Assembly: GCA_964057225.1 (NCBI GenBank)
Contig: OZ059895.1
Coordinates: forward strand, 3,100,001-3,164,000
From: Auanema rhodensis
Taxonomy: Eukaryota > Animalia > Nematoda
Direction of reading: 5' to 3'
DNA length: 64,000 bases
In this document: positions 54,801 to 64,000 of the stretch, piece by piece
Layout of the letters: every line of letters starts with the position of its first letter
How positions within the stretch are numbered: the first letter of the stretch is position 1
Made by a program: the position numbers and the translations under genes
Notes under the pieces: model-generated
What the model was told of the DNA's origin: nothing
The model's input: the letters and a program-made list of their open reading frames with translations, nothing else
Database searches by the model: none

Positions 54801-57800
54801 TTTAAACTTTGATTAAGAACTTTGATTTTTGTACACCCATAAATTATACGCAGCACAGGTTACCCTTAAATAATGAACTGACCGACTAATCAGACATGGA
54901 TCTTTCCAAGTTCTGTTGCTTGAACGGATGTTTTCCTACGTAGGCTAGTAAAACATGCCCTTCAAAGCATCAGAACATGTGATCACATTCCAATATTTTT
55001 GTATCTATCTTGTAAAGATAGTAATATATCATATGTTGAACACTATGTTGGAAAGATTTTAATTCAGATTTTCTAACTTTTATTCAGTTTGTTTTTTAAA
55101 CTTTGATTAAGAACTTTGATTTTTGTACACCCATAAATTATACGCAGCACAGGTTACCCTTAAATAATGAACTGACCGACTAATCAGACATGGATCTTTC
55201 CTAGTTCTGTTGCTTGAATGGATGTTTTCCTACGTAGGCTAGTAAAACATGCCCTTCAAAGCATCAGAACATGTGATCAAATTCCAATTTTTTTGTATCT
55301 ATCTTGTAAAGATAGTAATATATCATATGTTGAACACTATGTTGGAAAGATTTTAATTCAGATTTTCGAACTTTTATTCTGTTTGTTTTTTAAACTTTGA
55401 TTAAGAACTTTGATTTTTGTACACCCATAAGTTATACGCAGCACAGGTTACCCTTAATTAATGAACTGACCGACTAATCAGACATGGATCTTTCCAAGTT
55501 CTGTTGCTTGAACGGATGTTTTCCTACGAAGGCTAGTGAAACATGCCCTTCAAAGCATCAGAACATGTGATCAAATTCCAATTTTTTTGTATCTATCTTG
55601 TAAAGATAGTAATATATCATATGTTGAACACTATGTTGGAAAGATTTTAATTCAGATTTTCTAACTTTTATTCAGTTTGTTTTTTAAACTTTGATTAAGA
55701 ACTTTGATTTTTGTACACCCATAAATTATACGCAGCACAGGTTACCCTTAAATAATGAACTGACCGACTAATCAGACATGGATCTTTCCTAGTTCTGTTG
55801 CTTGAATGGATGTTTTCCTACGTAGGCTAGTAAAACATGCCCTTCAAAGCATCAGAACATGTGATCAAATTCCAATTTTTTTGTATCTATCTTGTAAAGA
55901 TAGTAATATATCATATGTTGAACACTATGTTGGAAAGATTTTCATTCAGATTTTTTAATTTTTATTCAGTTTGTTTTTTAAACTTTGATTAAGAACTTTG
56001 ATTTTTGTACACCCATAAATTATACGCAGCACAGGTTACCCTTAAATAATGAACTGACCGACTAATCAGACATGGATCTTTCCAAGTTCTGTTGCTTGAA
56101 CGGATGTTTTCCTACGTAGGCTAGTAAAACATGCCCTTCAAAGCATCAGAACATGTGATCAAATTCCAATTTTTTTGTATCTATCTTGTAAAAATAGTAA
56201 TATATCATATGTTGAACACTATGTTGGAAAGATTTTCATTCAGATTTTTTAATTTTTATTTAGTTTGTTTTTTAAACTTTGATTAAGAACTTTGATTTTT
56301 GTACACCCATAAATTATACGCAGCACAGGTTACCCTTAAATAATGAACTGACCGACTAATCAGACATGGATCTTTCCTAGTTCTGTTGCTTGAATGGATG
56401 TTTTCCTACGTAGGCTAGTAAAACATGCCCTTCAAAGCATCAGAACATGTGATCAAATTCCAATTTTTTTGTATCTATCTTGTAAAGATAGTAATATATC
56501 ATATGTTGAACACTATGTTGGAAAGATTTTCATTCAGATTTTTTAATTTTTATTCAGTTTGTTTTTTAAACTTTGATTAAGAACTTTGATTTTTGTACAC
56601 CCATAAATTATACGCAGCACAGGTTACCCTTAATTAATGAACTGACCGACTAATCAGACATGGATCTTTCCAAGTTCTGTTGCTTGAACGGATGTTTTCC
56701 TACGAAGGCTAGTAAAACATGCCCTTCAAAGCATCAGAACATGTGATTAAATTCCAATTTTTTTGTATCTATCTTGTAAAGATAGTAATATATCATATGT
56801 TGAACACTATGTTGGAAAGATTTTCATTCAGATTTTTTAATTTTTATTCTGTTTGTTTTTTAAACTTTGATTAAGAACTTTGATTTTTGTACACCCCTAA
56901 GTTATACGCAGCACAGGTTACCCTTAATTAATGAACTGACCGACTAATCAGACATGAATCTTTCCAAGTTCTGTTGCTTGAACGGATGTTTTCCTACGAA
57001 GGCTAGTAAAACATGCCCTTCAAAGCATCAGAACATGTGATCAAATTCCAATTTTTTTGTATCTATCTTGTAAAGATAGTAATATATCATATGTTGAACA
57101 CTATGTTGGAAAGATTTTCATTCAGATTTTTTAATTTTTATTCAGTTTGTTTTTTAAACTTTGATTAAGAACTTTGATTTTTGTACACCCATAAATTATA
57201 CGCAGCACAGGTTACCCTTAAATAATGAACTGACCGACTAATCAGACATGGATCTTTCCTAGTTCTGTTGCTTGAATGGATGTTTTCCTACGTAGGCTAG
57301 TAAAACATGCCCTTCAAAGCATCAGAACATGTGATCAAATTCCAATTTTTTTGTATCTATCTTGTAAAGATAGTAATATATCATATGTTGAACACTATGT
57401 TGGAAAGATTTTCATTCAGATTTTTTAATTTTTATTCAGTTTGTTTTTTAAACTTTGATTAAGAACTTTGATTTTTGTACACCCATAAATTATACGCAGC
57501 ACAGGTTACCCTTAAATAATGAACTGACCGACTAATCAGACATGGATCTTTCCAAGTTCTGTTGCTTGAACGGATGTTTTCCTACGTAGGCTAGTAAAAC
57601 ATGCCCTTCAAAGCATCAGAACATGTGATCAAATTCCAATTTTTTTGTATCTATCTTGTAAAGATAGTAATATATCATATGTTGAACACTATGTTGGAAA
57701 GATTTTCATTCAGATTTTTTAATTTTTATTCAGTTTGTTTTTTAAACTTTGATTAAGAACTTTGATTTTTGTACACCCATAAATTATACGCAGCACAGGT

Positions 57801-60800
57801 TACCCTTAAATAATGAACTGACCGACTAATCAGACATGGATCTTTCCTAGTTCTGTTGCTTGAATGGATGTTTTCCTACGTAGGCTAGTAAAACATGCCC
57901 TTCAAAGCATCAGAACATGTGATCAAATTCCAATTTTTTTGTATCTATCTTGTAAAGATAGTAATATATCATATGTTGAACACTATGTTGGAAAGATTTT
58001 CATTCAGATTTTTTAATTTTTATTCAGTTTGTTTTTTAAACTTTGATTAAGAACTTTGATTTTTGTACACCCATAAATTATACGCAGCACAGGTTACCCT
58101 TAATTAATGAACTGACCGACTAATCAGACATGGATCTTTCCAAGTTCTGTTGCTTGAACGGATGTTTTCCTACGAAGGCTAGTAAAACATGCCCTTCAAA
58201 GCATCAGAACATGTGATCAAATTCCAATTTTTTTGTATCTATCTTGTAAAGATAGTAATATATCATATGTTGAACACTATGTTGGAAAGATTTTCATTCA
58301 GATTTTTTAATTTTTATTCTGTTTGTTTTTTAAACTTTGATTAAGAACTTTGATTTTTGTACACCCATAAGTTATACGCAGCACAGGTTACCCTTAATTA
58401 ATGAACTGACCGACTAATCAGACATGGATCTTTCCAAGTTCTGTTGCTTGAACGGATGTTTTCCTACGAAGGCTAGTAAAACATGCCCTTCAAAGCATCA
58501 GAACATGTGATCGAATTCCAATTTTTTTGTATCTATCTTGTAAATATAGTAATATATCATATGTTGAACACTATGTTGGAAAGATTTTCATTCAGATTTT
58601 TTAATTTTTATTCAGTTTGTTTTTTAAACTTTGATTAAGAACTTTGATTTTTGTACACCCATAAATTATACGCAGCACAGGTTACCCTTAAATAATGAAC
58701 TGACCGACTAATCAGACATGGATCTTTCCTAGTTCTGTTGCTTGAATGGATGTTTTCCTACGTAGGCTAGTAAAACATGCCCTTCAAAGCATCAGAACAT
58801 GTGATCAAATTCCAATTTTTTTGTATCTATCTTGTAAAGATAGTAATATATCATATGTTGAACACTATGTTGGAAAGATTTTCATTCAGATTTTTTAATT
58901 TTTATTCAGTTTGTTTTTTAAACTTTGATTAAGAACTTTGATTTTTGTACACCCATAAATTATACGCAGCACAGGTTACCCTTAAATAATGAACTGACCG
59001 ACTAATCAGACATGGATCTTTCCAAGTTCTGTTGCTTGAACGGATGTTTTCCTACGTAGGCTAGTAAAACATGCCCTTCAAAGCATCAGAACATGTGATC
59101 ACATTCCAATATTTTTGTATCTATCTTGTAAAGATAGTAATATATCATATGTTGAACACTATGTTGGAAAGATTTTAATTCAGATTTTCTAACTTTTATT
59201 CAGTTTGTTTTTTAAACTTTGATTAAGAACTTTGATTTTTGTACACCCATAAATTATACGCAGCACAGGTTACCCTTAAATAATGAACTGACCAACTAAT
59301 CAGACATGGATCTTTCCTAGTTCTGTTGCTTGAATGGATGTTTTCCTACGTAGGCTAGTAAAACATGCCCTTCAAAGCATCAGAACATGTGATCAAATTC
59401 CAATTTTTTTGTATCTATCTTGTAAAGATAGTAAAATATCATATGTTGAACACTATGTTGGAAAGATTTTAATTCAGATTTTCGAACTTTTATTCTGTTT
59501 GTTTTTTAAACTTTGATTAAGAACTTTGATTTTTGTACACCCATAAGTTATACGCAGCACAGGTTACCCTTAATTAATGAACTGACCGACTAATCAGACA
59601 TGGATCTTTCCAAGTTCTGTTGCTTGAACGGATGTTTTCCTACGAAGGCTAGTAAAACATGCCCTTCAAAGCATCAGAACATGTGATCAAATTCCAATTT
59701 TTTTGTATCTATCTTGTAAAGATAGTAATATATCATATGTTGAACACTATGTTGGAAAGATTTTCATTCAGATTTTTTAATTTTTATTCAGTTTGTTTTT
59801 TAAACTTTGATTAAGAACTTTGATTTTTGTACACCCATAAATTATACGCAGCACAGGTTACCCTTAAATAATGAACTGACCAACTAATCAGACATGGATC
59901 TTTCCTAGTTCTGTTGCTTGAATGGATGTTTTCCTACGTAGGCTAGTAAAACATGCCCTTCAAAGCATCAGAACATGTGATCAAATTCCAATTTTTTTGT
60001 ATCTATCTTGTAAAGATAGTAATATATCATATGTTGAACACTATGTTGGAAAGATTTTAATTCAGATTTTCGAACTTTTATTCTGTTTGTTTTTTAAACT
60101 TTGATTAAGAACTTTGATTTTTGTACACCCATAAGTTATACGCAGCACAGGTTACCCTTAATTAATGAACTGACCGACTAATCAGACATGGATCTTTCCA
60201 AGTTCTGTTGCTTGAACGGATGTTTTCCTACGAAGGCTAGTAAAACATGCCCTTCAAAGCATCAGAACATGTGATCAAATTCCAATTTTTTTGTATCTAT
60301 CTTGTAAAGATAGTAATATATCATATGTTGAACACTATGTTGGAAAGATTTTCATTCAGATTTTTTAATTTTTATTCAGTTTGTTTTTTAAACTTTCATT
60401 AAGAACTTTGATTTTTGTACACCCATAAATTATACGCAGCACAGGTTACCCTTAAATAATGAACTGACCGACTAATCAGACATGGATCTTTCCAAGTTCT
60501 GTTGCTTGAACGGATGTTTTCCTACGTAGGCTAGTAAAACATGCCCTTCAAAGCATCAGAACATGTGATCACATTCCAATATTTTTGTATCTATCTTGTA
60601 AAGATAGTAATATATCATATGTTGAACACTATGTTGGAAAGATTTTAATTCAGATTTTCTAACTTTTATTCAGTTTGTTTTTTAAACTTTGATTAAGAAC
60701 TTTGATTTTTGTACACCCATAAATTATACGCAGCACAGGTTACCCTTAAATAATGAACTGACCGACTAATCAGACATGGATCTTTCCTAGTTCTGTTGCT

Positions 60801-63800
60801 TGAATGGATGTTTTCCTACGTAGGCTAGTAAAACATGCCCTTCAAAGCATCAGAACATGTGATCAAATTCCAATTTTTTTGTATCTATCTTGTAAAGATA
60901 GTAATATATCATATGTTGAACACTATGTTGGAAAGATTTTAATTCAGATTTTCGAACTTTTATTCTGTTTGTTTTTTAAACTTTGATTAAGAACTTTGAT
61001 TTTTGTACACCCATAAGTTATACGCAGCACAGGTTACCCTTAATTAATGAACTGACCGACTAATCAGACATGGATCTTTCCAAGTTCTGTTGCTTGAACG
61101 GATGTTTTCCTACGAAGGCTAGTAAAACATGCCCTTCAAAGCATCAGAACATGTGATCGAATTCCAATTTTTTTGTATCTATCTTGTAAAGATAGTAATA
61201 TATCATATGTTGAACACTATGTTGGAAAGATTTTCATTCAGATTTTTTAATTTTTATTCAGTTTGTTTTTTAAACTTTGATTAAGAACTTTGATTTTTGT
61301 ACACCCATAAATTATACGCAGCACAGGTTACCCTTAAATAATGAACTGACCGACTAATCAGACATGGATCTTTCCTAGTTCTGTTGCTTGAATGGATGTT
61401 TTCCTACGTAGGCTAGTAAAACATGCCCTTCAAAGCATCAGAACATGTGATCAAATTCCAATTTTTTTGTATCTATCTTGTAAAGATAGTAATATATCAT
61501 ATGTTGAACACTATGTTGGAAAGATTTTAATTCAGATTTTCTAACTTTTATTCAGTTTGTTTTTTCAACTTTGATTAAGAACTTTGATTTTTGTACACCC
61601 ATAAATTATACGCAGCACAGGTTACCCTTAAATAATGAACTGACCGACTAATCAGACATGGATCTTTCCAAGTTCTGTTGCTTGAACGGATGTTTTCCTA
61701 CGTAGGCTAGTAAAACATGCCCTTCAAAGCATCAGAACATGTGATCACATTCCAATATTTTTGTATCTATCTTGTAAAGATAGTAATATATCATATGTTG
61801 AACACTATGTTGGAAAGATTTTAATTCAGATTTTCGAACTTTTATTCTGTTTGTTTTTTAAACTTTGATTAAGAACTTTGATTTTTGTACACCCATAAGT
61901 TATACGCAGCACAGGTTACCCTTAATTAATGAACTGACCGACTAATCAGACATGGATCTTTCCAAGTTCTGTTGCTTGAACGGATGTTTTCCTACGAAGG
62001 CTAGTAAAACATGCCCTTCAAAGCATCAGAACATGTGATCAAATTCCAATTTTTTTGTATCTATCTTGTAAAGATAGTAATATATCATATGTTGAACACT
62101 ATGTTGGAAAGATTTTCATTCAGATTTTTTAATTTTTATTCAGTTTGTTTTTTAAACTTTGATTAAGAACTTTGATTTTTGTACACCCATAAATTATACG
62201 CAGCACAGGTTACCCTTAAATAATGAACTGACCGACTAATCAGACATGGATCTTTCCTAGTTCTGTTGCTTGAATGGATGTTTTCCTACGTAGGCTAGTA
62301 AAACATGCCCTTCAAAGCATCAGAACATGTGATCAAATTCCAATTTTTTTGTATCTATCTTGTAAAGATAGTAATATATCATATGTTGAACACTATGTTG
62401 GAAAGATTTTAATTCAGATTTTCTAACTTTTATTCAGTTTGTTTTTTCAACTTTGATTAAGAACTTTGATTTTTGTACACCCATAAATTATACGCAGCAC
62501 AGGTTACCCTTAAATAATGAACTGACCGACTAATCAGACATGGATCTTTCCAAGTTCTGTTGCTTGAACGGATGTTTTCCTACGTAGGCTAGTAAAACAT
62601 GCCCTTCAAAGCATCAGAACATGTGATCACATTCCAATATTTTTGTATCTATCTTGTAAAGATAGTAATATATCATATGTTGAACACTATGTTGGAAAGA
62701 TTTTAATTCAGATTTTCGAACTTTTATTCTGTTTGTTTTTTAAACTTTGATTAAGAACTTTGATTTTTGTACACCCATAAGTTATACGCAGCACAGGTTA
62801 CCCTTAATTAATGAACTGACCGACTAATCAGACATGGATCTTTCCAAGTTCTGTTGCTTGAACGGATGTTTTCCTACGAAGGCTAGTAAAACATGCCCTT
62901 CAAAGCATCAGAACATGTGATCAAATTCCAATTTTTTTGTATCTATCTTGTAAAGATAGTAATATATCATATGTTGAACACTATGTTGGAAAGATTTTCA
63001 TTCAGATTTTTTAATTTTTATTCAGTTTGTTTTTTAAACTTTGATTAAGAACTTTGATTTTTGTACACCCATAAATTATACGCAGCACAGGTTACCCTTA
63101 AATAATGAACTGACCGACTAATCAGACATGGATCTTTCCAAGTTCTGTTGCTTGAACGGATGTTTTCCTACGTAGGCTAGTAAAACATGCCCTTCAAAGC
63201 ATCAGAACATGTGATCACATTCCAATATTTTTGTATCTATCTTGTAAAGATAGTAATATATCATATGTTGAACACTATGTTGGAAAAATTTTAATTCAGA
63301 TTTTCTAACTTTTATTCAGTTTGTTTTTTAAACTTTGATTAAGAACTTTGATTTTTGTACACCCATAAATTATACGCAGCACAGGTTACCCTTAAATAAT
63401 GAACTGACCGACTAATCAGACATGGATCTTTCCTAGTTCTGTTGCTTGAATGGATGTTTTCCTACGTAGGCTAGTAAAACATGCCCTTCAAAGCATCAGA
63501 ACATGTGATCAAATTCCAATTTTTTTGTATCTATCTTGTAAAGATAGTAATATATCATATGTTGAACACTATGTTGGAAAGATTTTAATTCAGATTTTCG
63601 AACTTTTATTCTGTTTGTTTTTTAAACTTTGATTAAGAACTTTGATTTTTGTACACCCATAAGTTATACGCAGCACAGGTTACCCTTAATTAATGAACTG
63701 ACCGACTAATCAGACATGGATCTTTCCAAGTTCTGTTGCTTGAACGGATGTTTTCCTACGAAGGCTAGTAAAACATGCCCTTCAAAGCATCAGAACATGT

Positions 63801-63870
63801 GATCAAATTCCAATTTTTTTGTATCTATCTTGTAAAGATAGTAATATATCATATGTTGAACACTATGTTG
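50406..63870 (+). repeat. 7350-bp (25-monomer) period duplication: ~50406-55640 recurs at ~57758-63870, with an extra 882-bp 3-mer duplication (61286-63049)
   Basis: ORF pairs 51984>59334, 52572>59922 and 53454>60804 differ by 7350, and 55218>63450 by 7350+882. Shared rare variants: GACCAACT, GATCGAATTC, TTTTTCAACT. Confidence 0.88.
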
Positions 63871-64000
63871 GAAAGATTTTAATTCAGATTTTTTCAACTT
63901 TCACTCAGTTTGTTTTCTAAACTTTGATTAAGAACTTTGATTTTTGTACACCCATAAATTATACGCAGCACAGGTTACCCTTAAATAATGAACTGACCGA

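Larger units (their letters stand above)
1..64000 (+). repeat. Satellite DNA array, 294-bp monomer (~228 units: ~191 full-length, 25 of 210 bp, 11 of 209 bp, one of 197 bp); runs off both window ends
   Basis: The motif AACTTTGATTTTTGTACACCCATAA (or a close variant) recurs at 21, 231, 525, 819, 1029 ... 63933 with spacings of 294 or 209/210 bp. No intervening unique DNA and no inversion seen. ORF-track spacings agree with the monomer tiling. Confidence 0.99.
36882..64000 (+). repeat. Array domain III: full-length monomers only, marked by TTATTCTGTTTG linked to CATAAGTTATA
   Basis: No short units after 36881. All ORF spacings are multiples of 294 except one +2 (T-run at ~51960). The marker pair first appears at ~37738/37788. 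Confidence 0.93.

Noticed and set aside
1-64000. CRISPR array
   Set aside because: There are no unique spacers and no cas genes; the entire 294-bp unit repeats.
1-64000. Whole window as an amplification or assembly concatemer artefact
   Set aside because: Consistent linked haplotypes, distinct domains and hierarchically shared rare variants are not expected from a concatemer of one template. Individual HOR copy numbers still need read support.

Overview
The whole 64-kb window is one uninterrupted head-to-tail tandem array (satellite DNA, all one orientation) of an AT-rich 294-bp monomer (~32% GC by hand count), about 228 units in total. I see no unique sequence, credible gene, rRNA/tRNA, transposon or CRISPR. 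The 37 near-identical 60-aa ORFs are a by-product of the repeat. Monomers differ at only a few percent of sites, and these linked variants resolve three domains. Domain I (1-16.9 kb) mixes 294-bp and 210-bp units in higher-order repeats (HORs) of 798, 1302, 1386 and 1596 bp. Domain II (16.9-36.9 kb) contains a fixed 209+295-bp pair in 1680- and 2477-bp HORs. Domain III (36.9-64 kb) has full-length monomers only, with nested duplications from 882 to 7350 bp. Two things stand out. (1) Each monomer carries a structured cassette: a 67-nt, 23-bp imperfect hairpin, a 12-bp palindrome, an AAT7G tract and a 7-bp terminal hairpin. It survives the amplified deletions, and the common variants within the long hairpin fall at unpaired positions, so it may be a tandem small-RNA gene or a cruciform-forming centromeric motif. 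(2) Almost all amplified units are multiples of 42 bp (4 x 10.5), and the 85-bp deletion is offset by +1 bp in two different ways. The organism is unknown (the architecture looks eukaryotic), and all functional readings are inference.
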